Of a DNA stretch of 64,000 bases, positions 36,776 to 45,879 are shown piece after piece (position 1 is the first letter of the stretch; each line of letters starts with the position of its first letter). The notes under the pieces were generated by a model. That model ran no database searches, was not told the origin of the DNA, and worked only from the letters and a program-made list of their open reading frames with translations. The position numbers and the translations under genes are program-made. Origin of the DNA: Actinomycetota bacterium (GTDB taxonomy: Bacteria; Actinomycetota; Acidimicrobiia; Acidimicrobiales; Ilumatobacteraceae); assembly GCA_009711295.1 (NCBI GenBank), contig WLST01000002.1:17220-81219 (forward strand), written 5' to 3'.

Positions 36776-37228
36776 ATGTTGAAAGTCGGAGACAAAGCCC
36801 CTGCCATTGAGTTGCTCAACCAAAATGGCAAAGTAGTTTCGCTCGAAAAAATGGGTAAGAAAAAGGTGTTGGTGTATTTCTATCCCAAGGCCGATACCCC
36901 AGGGTGCACAACTCAATCGTGTGGGCTGCGCGATATCAAGGGTGACATTGGTCGTACTGCCATCATCGGAATTAGTCCCGATAAGCCAGAGAAACTTAAA
37001 AAGTTCGACGACAAATATGAACTTGGTTTCACATTGCTCTCTGATGTTGAACACACTGTTTCGCTTGCCTACAAAGTGTGGAAAAAGAAGAGCATGTATG
37101 GTCGTGAATACATGGGTGTCGAACGTTCAGCATTTCTCATCGATGCAAATGGAATCATTCAAGAGGCTTGGTACAAAATTTCACCGAAAGACACTCCGCT
37201 GAATTTGTTGAAAGCTCTCGGTAAATGA
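36776..37228 (+). CDS. bcp: thiol peroxidase / peroxiredoxin Bcp
   Basis: 150 aa. YFYPKADTPGCTTQSC active site. Confidence 0.9.
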   Translation: MLKVGDKAPAIELLNQNGKVVSLEKMGKKKVLVYFYPKADTPGCTTQSCGLRDIKGDIGRTAIIGISPDKPEKLKKFDDKYELGFTLLSDVEHTVSLAYKVWKKKSMYGREYMGVERSAFLIDANGIIQEAWYKISPKDTPLNLLKALGK

Positions 37229-37650
37229 GTTTTCCCCGGCCCGATTCTGTCTTGCCGCATCGTCCTCCGTTCCTCTTCATCGATGAAGTGACCGAGCTCG
37301 TAGAGGGAGAGTCGGCCGTTGGTACATGGAGCCTGAGTGGTGACGAGTGGTTCTTCCCAGGACATTTTCCTGGCAGACCAACCCTTCCTGGCGTTCTCAT
37401 GTGTGAAGCCATTGCGCAACTTGGTGCGTATGTCGTGCTCAGCAATCACAAGTACGCAGGGAAATTGCCGCTGTTTGGTGGGCTCGACTCTGCACGTTTC
37501 CGTAAGCAAGTAGGCCCAGGCGACCAATTGCGACTCGAAGTATCTTTAGGCAAGATGTCGGCACGAGCAGGAAAAGGTTCTGGCCGCGCTGTGCTGAACG
37601 GTGAAGTTGCCTGCGAGTGTGAACTTTTCTTTGTACTGGTCGACGCGTAG
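37225..37650 (+). CDS. fabZ: 3-hydroxyacyl-ACP dehydratase FabZ
   Basis: LPHRPPFLFIDEV and FFPGHFPGRPTLPGVLMCEAIAQ. ATGA overlap with bcp. Confidence 0.9.
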   Translation: MSFPRPDSVLPHRPPFLFIDEVTELVEGESAVGTWSLSGDEWFFPGHFPGRPTLPGVLMCEAIAQLGAYVVLSNHKYAGKLPLFGGLDSARFRKQVGPGDQLRLEVSLGKMSARAGKGSGRAVLNGEVACECELFFVLVDA

Positions 37651-37660
37651 TTCTACTGCA

Positions 37661-38860
37661 TTAACGCGGTGGGGCAATAATGACCGAACCGTTATGCCCA
37701 CCAAAGCCGAAGTTGTTCGACATTGTCGGGCCGGGCGTCCATGGACGTGGAGCGCCCATCACTAAGTCAATGTTGAGAGCTGGGTCGAGCTCGGTTGTTC
37801 CCGCTGTTGGCGGAATGAGTTTCTTTTCAAAAGAAAGTAGAACAGCTGCTGCTTCAAGTGCGCCCGCGGCTCCGAGTGCATGACCAGTGACACCTTTGGT
37901 AGAGGTGACGATGGGTCGGGAAGTGCCGAAGACCTCGGCCATTGCCAAACCCTCAGCGGCATCGTTGAGGGGTGTAGAAGTCCCGTGTGCATTGATGTGT
38001 GCAATATCTTCAGGTGTGAGTTCAGCATCTATTAATGCATTGCGCATACAGGCCTGTGCGCCAATGCCACCAGGCGCTGGTGCAGTGATGTGGTACGCAT
38101 CGGCGTTGCTTGCGGCGCCGAGAATTTCGCCCAAAATGGTGGCGCCTCGTTTTTCGGCAAGGTCGTAACGTTCCAAAATGAAAACTGCTGCACCTTCTCC
38201 CATCACAAAACCATCGCGGGTGGTGTCGAATGGTTTGCTGGTGCCCGATGAAGACAAAGCAGTCATATTGCCAAAACCCGCCATAGAGGTAGGCGTTGCT
38301 GCGGCTTCTGAACCACCAGTTGCTACAGCGTCACAAGTTCCATAAGCAATGAGACGAGCTGCATAGCCAATGGCATGGCTTGATGCCGCACAGGCTGTAC
38401 AGATAGTTTCATTGGGTCCTTGGAGGCCGTAACGCATTGAAATGGCCGCTCCCGAAGCATTTGCCATCATCATGGGAACGAGGAAGGGAGAAACGCGGCG
38501 GGGGCCTTTTTCTAAAAGAATCGCCACTTGCTCTTCAAGGGTTCCGAGTCCACCAATACCTGTAGCAAAGATGGTGCCAAAGCGTGTCTTATCGGCGGTG
38601 ATGTTTCCTGCTTGTGCAAAAGCTTCTGCTGCAGCAGCAAGAGCAAATTGTTCAACACGGTCGGCGCGACGAGCATCTTTAGGGTTGTCGAAATAGGGAA
38701 GTGGATTCCACTCGGGAATGTTTACCTGTTTCGAGCCGGTAATTCCGGGCCCGATGAGACCAGTCCAAAAATCTTGTTTGCCTAAACCACAAGGTGCAAC
38801 AACCCCGTATCCGGTGATGGCAACACGATGTGGTCCGCCCGTGGTGAATGGGTTACGCAT
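37661..38860 (-). CDS. fabF: 3-oxoacyl-ACP synthase II (KAS II)
   Basis: 399 aa. Cys-His-His triad contexts (TACAASSHAIG, HGTSTP, GHALGAAG). Confidence 0.92.
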   Translation of the reverse strand: MRNPFTTGGPHRVAITGYGVVAPCGLGKQDFWTGLIGPGITGSKQVNIPEWNPLPYFDNPKDARRADRVEQFALAAAAEAFAQAGNITADKTRFGTIFATGIGGLGTLEEQVAILLEKGPRRVSPFLVPMMMANASGAAISMRYGLQGPNETICTACAASSHAIGYAARLIAYGTCDAVATGGSEAAATPTSMAGFGNMTALSSSGTSKPFDTTRDGFVMGEGAAVFILERYDLAEKRGATILGEILGAASNADAYHITAPAPGGIGAQACMRNALIDAELTPEDIAHINAHGTSTPLNDAAEGLAMAEVFGTSRPIVTSTKGVTGHALGAAGALEAAAVLLSFEKKLIPPTAGTTELDPALNIDLVMGAPRPWTPGPTMSNNFGFGGHNGSVIIAPPR

Positions 38861-39096
38861 TAGAGCTTGGAGACCACCAGGTCATAGGCCTGACCGATGG
38901 TTTCAATTCCGTCGAGATCTTCTTCCGGTACTTCAACGCCAAATTCTTCTTCAAGAGCCATGACGAGTTCGACGAGATCGAGGCTGTCGGCATCGAGGTC
39001 GTCACCGAAGCGAGCCTCTTTGGTTACTTTTGCTGCATCGACTGACAAGACATTGACAGCACACTTTGTGAATCGGGCAAAAAGATCGTCGCTCAT
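38860..39096 (-). CDS. acpP: acyl carrier protein
   Basis: 78 aa with the phosphopantetheine site DLDADSLDLVELV. A GGAGGA Shine-Dalgarno lies 5 nt upstream. Confidence 0.93.
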   Translation of the reverse strand: MSDDLFARFTKCAVNVLSVDAAKVTKEARFGDDLDADSLDLVELVMALEEEFGVEVPEEDLDGIETIGQAYDLVVSKL

Positions 39097-39199
39097 AATT
39101 TCCTCCGGTTAATGAGAGCACATCGTGCTCGCCTCTATTCTTACAATTTTTCACTCGCTCATCAGGTATTACTGAGGGGTACCTGAATAGTTCGGTGCC

Positions 39200-39919
39200 T
39201 TAGTGACCCATTCCTAAGCCGCCATCAACAGGAATCACGGCGCCTGTGATGTATGCGGCATCATTTGACGTGAGAAATGTCACTACACCTGCAATTTCGT
39301 CGGGGGTTGCCATGCGTTGGAGCGGTACGGCTGCTGTGAGTTCAGCGAGGCGCTTGTCTCCGAGGGCTGCTGTCATATCGGTCTCTACTGGCCCTGGCGC
39401 AACGACGTTGACGGTGATGCTGCGGGAACCAAGTTCGCGGGCAAGTGATCGTGCAAAACCTACAAGACCCGCCTTGGAAGCGGCGTAGTTTGATTGGCCC
39501 GCTGAACCCAAAAGCCCGACAACTGACGAGATGAGCACGATGCGGCCGCTGCGTGCGCGCAGCATATTTTGTGAAGCTCTTTTAGATACCCGATATGCGG
39601 CGGTCAAGTTTGCATCAATGACGCTGGTGAAGTTTTCTTCACTCATACGCAGGAGCAAACCGTCTTGAGTAATACCGGCATTCGACACAAGTATTTCTAC
39701 GTTTCCTAATTGTGCTTCTACTGCAGTGAAAGCTGCATCAACTGAAGCTGAAGAGGTGACATCACATTGCACTGCCACAACGCCGAGGTCGGTCAGTTCT
39801 TTGGGCACTGGTGACGAGTTGTAGGTGACCGCAACTTTGTCTCCTTCAGCGATGAAACGGCGCGCACACGCGGCACCAATACCTTTTGATCCACCTGTGA
39901 TGAATACGACGCGAGACAT
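39200..39919 (-). CDS. fabG: 3-oxoacyl-ACP reductase
   Basis: ITGGSKGIGAA, NAGI, YAASKAG. Start taken at MSRVVFITGG (TAATG junction with the fabH stop) rather than the longer ORF to 39943. Confidence 0.9.
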   Translation of the reverse strand: MSRVVFITGGSKGIGAACARRFIAEGDKVAVTYNSSPVPKELTDLGVVAVQCDVTSSASVDAAFTAVEAQLGNVEILVSNAGITQDGLLLRMSEENFTSVIDANLTAAYRVSKRASQNMLRARSGRIVLISSVVGLLGSAGQSNYAASKAGLVGFARSLARELGSRSITVNVVAPGPVETDMTAALGDKRLAELTAAVPLQRMATPDEIAGVVTFLTSNDAAYITGAVIPVDGGLGMGH

Positions 39920-40890
39920 TACTTGCCCCATCTCAGTACACAACTTGCCGCGGTCATGCCAGCACCAAACCCCACGAGCAAGACGAGGTCTCCGTCTTTT
40001 AAGCGACCTTTATCGGCAGCATTAAACAGTGCAAGTGGAATAGATGCCGAGGAGGTGTTTCCTGTTTCATGCAAAACGGTAATAGTTCTCTCTGGCGGTA
40101 TGCCTAACTTCTCACAAGCCGAGTTGATGATACGAATATTGGCTTGATGGGGGACAACGAGAGCAATGTCATTGGCCGTCACTCCGGCTGCGGCCATTGA
40201 TTTTTGCCCGGAGTCGACCATGATGCGCACGGCACGGCGAAAGACTTCTTTCCCATCCATGTGAATTTTTCCGCCGACTTCGCAGTACAAAATATTTTCT
40301 GCAGAGCCATCGGCATCGATATCCCAAGACAGCAAGTTGCTTGGCCCGTCGTGAGCCTCAATCACTGCTGCCCCTGAACCATCAGCGAAAAGAATGGCAG
40401 TGTTACGGTCGGTCCAGTCGGTAATGCGCGACAGGGTGTCGGTTCCTATGACAAGCACTTTTTCAGCGCCCATTGCAATGAGCCCGTAAGCATTAACGAG
40501 CGCGTAGACGAACCCGCTGCACGCTGCATTGACATCGAAGGCTCCACACGACAGGCCAAGTGCATTTTGAACAGTTGCCGAAGTTGCGGGAACCGTTCTG
40601 TCGGGCGTGGTGGTGGAAAGAACGAGAGCATCGATGCTGCTGGGGTCAACACCGGCCATAGCAAGAGCCTTGGCTCCGCTTTCAATTGACAATGAGGCAG
40701 TGCTTCCACCGATGTGGCGACTCACAATTCCGGTGCGCTCGCGAATCCATTCGTCGCTAGTGTCAATTGTTTTTTCTAAATCGACGTTGGTGACCACATT
40801 GTCGGGTAGAGCGCGACCCCAACCAGTGATGCGGGCACCTCTGACATTTGCTGGTGTGCGTGGCATCTTCTTTAATTGCTCCGCAGCCAT
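39919..40890 (-). CDS. fabH: 3-oxoacyl-ACP synthase III (KAS III)
   Basis: Cys-His-Asn contexts (NAACSGFVYAL, PHQAN, GNTSSAS). The start is either ATG 40890 (19-nt overlap with fabD) or ATG 40866. Confidence 0.92.
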   Translation of the reverse strand: MAAEQLKKMPRTPANVRGARITGWGRALPDNVVTNVDLEKTIDTSDEWIRERTGIVSRHIGGSTASLSIESGAKALAMAGVDPSSIDALVLSTTTPDRTVPATSATVQNALGLSCGAFDVNAACSGFVYALVNAYGLIAMGAEKVLVIGTDTLSRITDWTDRNTAILFADGSGAAVIEAHDGPSNLLSWDIDADGSAENILYCEVGGKIHMDGKEVFRRAVRIMVDSGQKSMAAAGVTANDIALVVPHQANIRIINSACEKLGIPPERTITVLHETGNTSSASIPLALFNAADKGRLKDGDLVLLVGFGAGMTAASCVLRWGK

Positions 40891-42047
40891 GCAATGGGTT
40901 GACGATGGGTGACTCGTTCTCCTTCAACTGCGATGTAACTCTGCAATATTCCGGCAAACGGGCTACGTACTTCTTGGTCGGCCACTGTGCCAAGTACCTC
41001 GCCGACAGCAATTGAAGTTCCTGCTGGATGGGCGGTGTCGACCGTGAAAACTCCAGCACAAGGACTCACTATGAGTCGTTCAACGGCAAAGAGGTGTTCG
41101 CCCTCAAGAGGGGCAGGAGCAGTAGAGAGACTTTTATTCACCCAATCAATGAGTTTGTCGAGCTCGTCGGGTGTAGCAACACTGATGGTTCGTGCATTGT
41201 CGACGGTGCGCTTGGCCATTCCGGTGAGAACTCCGCCTGGGCCAAGTTCTACAAAACCGGTCACGCCAAGCTCTGCCATGGTGAGGAGCGAATGCTTCCA
41301 ACGCACGGGGCTAGATAATTGCGCAGAGAGAAGCGATGCCCATTCTTCGCCAGAGCTGTGAGCGAGTGCGTCGACGTTGGAGATGACCGCAACTTCAGTA
41401 TCGCGAGGTTGAGCAGAAGCAATGGCAAGACGTAAGCGGTCACGTGCTGCAGTCATGAATGGAGTGTGGAATGCACCAGACACTTGCAAGGGCATCACCT
41501 TTTTTGCACCAAGTTCTTTGGCGTGAATTGCTGCAGCAGCAACGCCACTTGGCGAACCGGCAATTACTACCTGTCCCGGAGCGTTGAAGTTTGCCACCCA
41601 TACGTCACTGTCGGCTCGACGACAAGCAATTTCTACATCTTCATCATCGAGACCAAGTACTGCCGACATCGTGCCTGGCGACTCATTGCCGGCATCGTGC
41701 ATGGCGGCTGCTCGTTCCACTACTAATGCGATGCCGTCTTCAAAGCCGAGGGCTCCGGTAGCGGTTAATGCGGTGTATTCACCAAGACTGTGTCCCGCAC
41801 AAAAACTCGGCTCAATACCCAAGCGCTCAACTGCGTCGAGAACCATCAGGCTCGAGACGTAGGTGGTGAGTTGGGCGTTTCTGGTGTCTTTCAGCTCCTC
41901 AGCATCGGCGTCGAGCAAGAGGCGGGCGACGTCTTTGCCTGATATTGAGGAGGCCTCTTCAACGAGTTCCCAGCTGTCGTGGTCGACCCAAGGGCGGCCC
42001 ATGCCAGGGCGCTGAGAGCCTTGTCCGGGAAATGTAAAAGCGAGCAT
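40872..42047 (-). CDS. fabD: malonyl CoA-ACP transacylase with a C-terminal biotinyl/lipoyl-like (barrel-sandwich hybrid) extension
   Basis: FPGQGSQ and GHSLGEY in an N-terminal part of about 300 aa. An extra 85 aa or so (IVSPCAGVF...GEVLGTVADQEVRSPFAGIL...GERV...PIAWL) resembles a BCCP domain but has no Lys at the EAMK position. Confidence 0.88.
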   Translation of the reverse strand: MLAFTFPGQGSQRPGMGRPWVDHDSWELVEEASSISGKDVARLLLDADAEELKDTRNAQLTTYVSSLMVLDAVERLGIEPSFCAGHSLGEYTALTATGALGFEDGIALVVERAAAMHDAGNESPGTMSAVLGLDDEDVEIACRRADSDVWVANFNAPGQVVIAGSPSGVAAAAIHAKELGAKKVMPLQVSGAFHTPFMTAARDRLRLAIASAQPRDTEVAVISNVDALAHSSGEEWASLLSAQLSSPVRWKHSLLTMAELGVTGFVELGPGGVLTGMAKRTVDNARTISVATPDELDKLIDWVNKSLSTAPAPLEGEHLFAVERLIVSPCAGVFTVDTAHPAGTSIAVGEVLGTVADQEVRSPFAGILQSYIAVEGERVTHRQPIAWLRSN

Positions 42048-42130
42048 TAGTGAGAGGTTAGACGTTCGGGAGGCATTGGGCAGGATTCCTTGTATCGCCT
42101 TGTACGATGCAGGCTCGTAATTGGTTACTT

Positions 42131-42213
42131 GCCCGAGTGGCGGAATGGCAGACGCGGCGGACTCAAAATCCGTTGTTCGAAAGGACGTGTGGGTTCGACT
42201 CCCACCTCGGGCA
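42131..42213 (+). tRNA. tRNA-Leu (anticodon CAA)
   Basis: Manual cloverleaf fold. 7-bp acceptor stem GCCCGAG/CTCGGGC, 3-bp D stem, anticodon stem GCGGA/TCCGT with loop CTCAAAA, long variable arm (GTTC-GAAA-GGAC), T arm GTGGG-TTCGACT-CCCAC, discriminator A. No encoded CCA. Confidence 0.93.
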
Positions 42214-42241
42214 CGTTTTAGCGCAAGTAACCCTTTTGATG

Positions 42242-42280
42242 GCCCACAGACATCTCTGTGGGCATTGCGGGTCGCGCAAT
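42242..42280 (+). other. two abutting stem-loops downstream of tRNA-Leu / upstream of the pdtaR operon
   Basis: Hairpin A: GCCCACAGA-CATC-TCTGTGGGC (42242-42263, 9-bp perfect stem). Hairpin B: ATTGCG-GGTCG-CGCAAT (42264-42280). No U-tract follows. Confidence 0.45.
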
Positions 42281-42304
42281 CTCTACACTCCTTGTGTGGC
42301 TTCT

Positions 42305-42601
42305 ATGTTTCTTGAACGGCGTCTTGCGCAAATCGGAACTCGATTGCGTGTTACCCAAGAGAAACTTCGCATTGCTGAAGAACAATGTTCTGCAATGGAA
42401 GAAGAAACGAACGAGCACGAACTGCGTTCTCTGGTGTCTGAAACAGCCGGTGCGTCGTATGAGTTCCGTCAGGCAAAAGCCCATAGTGATGCATTGAAGA
42501 GACACTGCGAAGAGTTGCGCAGCAGTATTCGCGAGATGGAAGTGCGTCAAGATGAACTACTCGACAAACTTTCGAAGACTCGACGTAAGGGCGAAAAATG
42601 A
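42305..42601 (+). CDS. small coiled-coil protein, unknown function
   Basis: About 98 aa, rich in E/R/L/Q with a heptad-like pattern (LRVTQEKLRIAEEQCSAMEEE...ELRSSIREMEVRQDELLDKL). ATGA overlap with pdtaR. The longer ORF from 42107 is excluded because it runs through the tRNA gene. GTG 42296 is an alternative start. Confidence 0.5.
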   Translation: MFLERRLAQIGTRLRVTQEKLRIAEEQCSAMEEETNEHELRSLVSETAGASYEFRQAKAHSDALKRHCEELRSSIREMEVRQDELLDKLSKTRRKGEK

Positions 42602-43173
42602 CAGTTCGTATTGTTATTGCAGAAGATGAAGCCATCATCCGACTCGACCTGCGCGAAACATTGGTTGAAGAAGGTTACGAGGTGGTTGGTGAAGCCGCTA
42701 ACGGTGATGATGCAATTGCTCTCATCAGACAACTGAAGCCCGACCTGGCAATTCTTGACATCAAAATGCCAGGTCGCGATGGTGTTGACGCCACCAAAAT
42801 CATCAGTGCAGAAAAACTGTGTCCTGTTATTTTGGTGACGGCATTTAGCCAGAGGGAAATTATTGAGACAGCACGTGATGCTGGTGCGCTGGCGTACATC
42901 GTGAAGCCGTTCCAACGCACAGATCTTGTTCCTGCAATTGAGGTAGCCCTTGGCCGATACAGAGAGATGCAACTTCTCAATGCAGAAGTTGGGGCGTTGG
43001 AAGAACAGTTGGAAACACGCAAGATTCTCGATCGGGCTAAGGGTGTTTTGGTGTCGCAATGGAAAATGACAGAAAACGATGCCTATCTCTACTTGCAGAG
43101 AACCGCGATGAGCACCCGGTGTAAAATGCGCGATGTTGCCGAGCGTGTCTTGGCTGGCGAAGTAACGCTCTAG
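42598..43173 (+). CDS. pdtaR: ANTAR-domain response regulator (PdtaR-like)
   Basis: Receiver domain (IVIAEDE..., ILDIKMPGRDG) followed by a coiled linker and an ANTAR domain (LETRKILDRAKGVL...YLYLQRTAM). Confidence 0.88.
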   Translation: MTVRIVIAEDEAIIRLDLRETLVEEGYEVVGEAANGDDAIALIRQLKPDLAILDIKMPGRDGVDATKIISAEKLCPVILVTAFSQREIIETARDAGALAYIVKPFQRTDLVPAIEVALGRYREMQLLNAEVGALEEQLETRKILDRAKGVLVSQWKMTENDAYLYLQRTAMSTRCKMRDVAERVLAGEVTL

Positions 43174-43185
43174 AAAGACCGACGC

Positions 43186-45879
43186 ATGAAACTGATGACT
43201 TTAGATGGTAACTCGCTCGCGTATCGAGCTTTTTTCGCTTTGCCCACCGACATGGCAACGGCAAGCGGACAAGTAACTAACGCGGTCTTTGGGTTCGCTT
43301 CAATGCTGTCGAATTTATTGAAAGAACATCGCCCCGACGGCATTGTTGTTGTTTTCGATCGGCCCGAACCAACTTTTCGCCATTTGGCAGTTCCCGAATA
43401 TAAAGCGCAACGAGAAGCTGCTCCCGATATTTTGCGACAGCAAATGGGCGTCATACGCGAGTTGCTCGATGCGCTCGGTGTGCACACCATCGATATGTCT
43501 GGCTTCGAGGGTGACGACCTCATTGCAACCATCGCGCGGCGTGGAAAAGAAGCGGGGAATGATGTGCTCATTGTTACTGGCGACCGCGACAGCTATCAGC
43601 TGGTATGTGACCCCCACGTCAGGGTTTTGTATAACAAGCGAGGTGTGAGCGACTACGCCATTTATGACGAAGCAGGAATATTGGAGCGCACTGGAGTGCA
43701 CCCAAATCGCTATGTGGAATACGCGGCTTTGCGAGGAGACCCAAGCGACAACCTCGAAGGAACGCCAGGTGTGGGTGAAAAAACCGCAGCCAAGTTGGTG
43801 AATGCGCACGTGTCGTTGGAAGATATTTTTGATAACGCAAGCAAGCAAACGCCAAAGCTTCGTGCATCTCTGGAGGAAAGCCGCGATCGCGTTCTGCGCA
43901 ATGCTTCCATCATGGTGTTGAGAGATGATCTCGAGATCACACTTTCCGATACCGATGTCATCCCGACACCACACATTGACCAACTCGATCGATTGCTCGA
44001 TTTCTTAGAAATGCGCACCATGAAGAAGAGGTTGGTCGAAGCCTTCTCGCCGTGGGTCACCTCAAAGGGCTCTAACGAGAAAGCCTCGGTTGCTCCGCAA
44101 GCTACAGAGAGCGATGTAGGCCTGCCTGTTGTGGTCACCGTGGTGTCGAAAGATTCGCTGAGCGATTCGTTCAGTTCTCTTGAGCAAGACAACCTCTTGG
44201 GTATTTCTGCCGTGTGGAGAGATCAAAAAAAGCAAACTGATCTCATCGGAACCGTCGTAGCAACGAGCACAATGTCTTGGCAATACGACACAGCTTTATT
44301 GCCACAACTTTCACGGCACTTACAGAGTTGCAAGGAAAAGGGTGCATCAATTATTTCGTACGATGCAAAACCGTTGCTCCGATCTCTCCTCGAAAGAGAT
44401 ACAGATCTTCAAGCAATTACTTTCGATATAGCCATTGCCGGTTATCTCATCGACCCCGTCGAGGGCGCGCATACCCTGAGTGGTCTTTTAGAGCGCTACA
44501 CGGAATACGCGCTTCCGCAGGTATCTTCTGTTGCCGATTCTGGTCAACTTGACTTTGGTGGTTTCGACGATTCTCCAGATGCTTCGGCATCGGTAGGGCA
44601 GTCACAAGCTTGTCGCGTCATTTACGAGCCGCTGCGTGCCGCTTTAGATGAGTCGGGAATGTTGTCGTTGTATGAAGACATAGAACACCCCCTCATTCGT
44701 GTTTTGGCAAGAATGGAAACGTTAGGAATTGGCGTTGACGTAGCCGCGCTTTCCAAAATCAATAATGATCTCATCGGCAGGGCAAGCGCACTCAGCGAAA
44801 CTTTGCTCGCTGTCGTCGGACGCCCCATCAATTTCAACTCTCCCACTCAGTTGCAAGAAGTCTTGTATAAAGATCGGCAGTTGACCCCTGGTAAGAAAAC
44901 GAAAACAGGTTTCAGTACCGATGCAGCAACGTTGGAAAAACTGCGTGATGAATGGCCTGAATTCATCAATCCACTATTGGAATATCGAGAAGTCGAGAAA
45001 TTGCGTGGCACATATGGCCAAGGACTACTCGACGCCGTTCAAAAAGATGAACGCATTCACGCGACATTCCAACAAGCTGTGGCTCGCACAGGTCGGTTGA
45101 GTAGCGAAAATCCGAATTTGCACAACATTCCGGTGCGTTCTGAATCGGGGCGTATCTTCCGAACCGCATTTGTTGCACGCGCAGGCTGCGAATTGATGGT
45201 GGCCGATTACAACCAAATCGAACTGCGTTGCATTGCGCATCTTGCAAACGACCCTGGCCTCATCCAATCCTTCACTGACGGGATCGACATTCACAACGCC
45301 ACAGCGGCACGCGTGTTTGGTGTCGACCCTCTGAAGGTGACCCACGATCAGCGCTCCCAAGCAAAAATGGTTTCGTATGGGCTGGCCTATGGCATGGAGG
45401 CCTACGGTTTATCGCAACGATTAGCTATTGGTGTCGAGGAAGCAACTGGAATTCTCAATGCCTACTTCGATGCCTTTCCTGCAGTTCGTCAATACATGGA
45501 CGACACCGTTGTCGAAGCGCGTAAAAACGAAGGCACTGTCACGCTCTTTGGTCGGCGTCGTCCTATTCCGGAATTACGCAGCGACAATTTCCGTGTTCGA
45601 CAAGCCGGTGAGCGTCAGGCGATGAATGCCGGTATCCAAGGTCTGGCAGCAGACATTTTCAAAGTTGCTTTGGTGCGCATCGACGAAGCATTGGAAAAAG
45701 GCAACTTTGCAAGTCGTCTAGTTCTTCAAGTTCACGACGAAGTAATTGTTGAAGCGCCAACTTCAGAAAAAGAACAAGTGAACGAACTCGTGCTGAACAT
45801 CATGTGTCATGCCACCGAACTGAAAGTTCCTCTTGAGGTGAATTCGGCATGGGGTCATACGTGGTCTGAGGCCAAGTAA
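43186..45879 (+). CDS. polA: DNA polymerase I
   Basis: 897 aa. 5'-nuclease N-terminus (LDGNSLAYRAFFAL), polymerase motifs DYNQIELR and LQVHDE. Confidence 0.95.
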   Translation: MKLMTLDGNSLAYRAFFALPTDMATASGQVTNAVFGFASMLSNLLKEHRPDGIVVVFDRPEPTFRHLAVPEYKAQREAAPDILRQQMGVIRELLDALGVHTIDMSGFEGDDLIATIARRGKEAGNDVLIVTGDRDSYQLVCDPHVRVLYNKRGVSDYAIYDEAGILERTGVHPNRYVEYAALRGDPSDNLEGTPGVGEKTAAKLVNAHVSLEDIFDNASKQTPKLRASLEESRDRVLRNASIMVLRDDLEITLSDTDVIPTPHIDQLDRLLDFLEMRTMKKRLVEAFSPWVTSKGSNEKASVAPQATESDVGLPVVVTVVSKDSLSDSFSSLEQDNLLGISAVWRDQKKQTDLIGTVVATSTMSWQYDTALLPQLSRHLQSCKEKGASIISYDAKPLLRSLLERDTDLQAITFDIAIAGYLIDPVEGAHTLSGLLERYTEYALPQVSSVADSGQLDFGGFDDSPDASASVGQSQACRVIYEPLRAALDESGMLSLYEDIEHPLIRVLARMETLGIGVDVAALSKINNDLIGRASALSETLLAVVGRPINFNSPTQLQEVLYKDRQLTPGKKTKTGFSTDAATLEKLRDEWPEFINPLLEYREVEKLRGTYGQGLLDAVQKDERIHATFQQAVARTGRLSSENPNLHNIPVRSESGRIFRTAFVARAGCELMVADYNQIELRCIAHLANDPGLIQSFTDGIDIHNATAARVFGVDPLKVTHDQRSQAKMVSYGLAYGMEAYGLSQRLAIGVEEATGILNAYFDAFPAVRQYMDDTVVEARKNEGTVTLFGRRRPIPELRSDNFRVRQAGERQAMNAGIQGLAADIFKVALVRIDEALEKGNFASRLVLQVHDEVIVEAPTSEKEQVNELVLNIMCHATELKVPLEVNSAWGHTWSEAK

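Noticed and set aside
39147-39166. A hammerhead-ribozyme-like core (CUGAUGAG...GAAA on the minus strand) in the fabG-acpP spacer.
   Set aside because: Only six nt (GCGAGU) lie between CUGAUGA and GAAA, which cannot form stem II. No flanking stems I or III, or cleavage-site context, are evident. It is a chance match. The nearby GAGCAC-ATC-GTGCTC hairpin (39116-39130) is short and may merely be an mRNA stability element upstream of acpP.
42107-42304. The 5' portion of ORF 42107-42601 (164 aa).
   Set aside because: It runs straight through a perfectly folding tRNA-Leu gene (42131-42213) and the following hairpins. Only the distal coiled-coil part (from 42296 or 42305) is a credible CDS.
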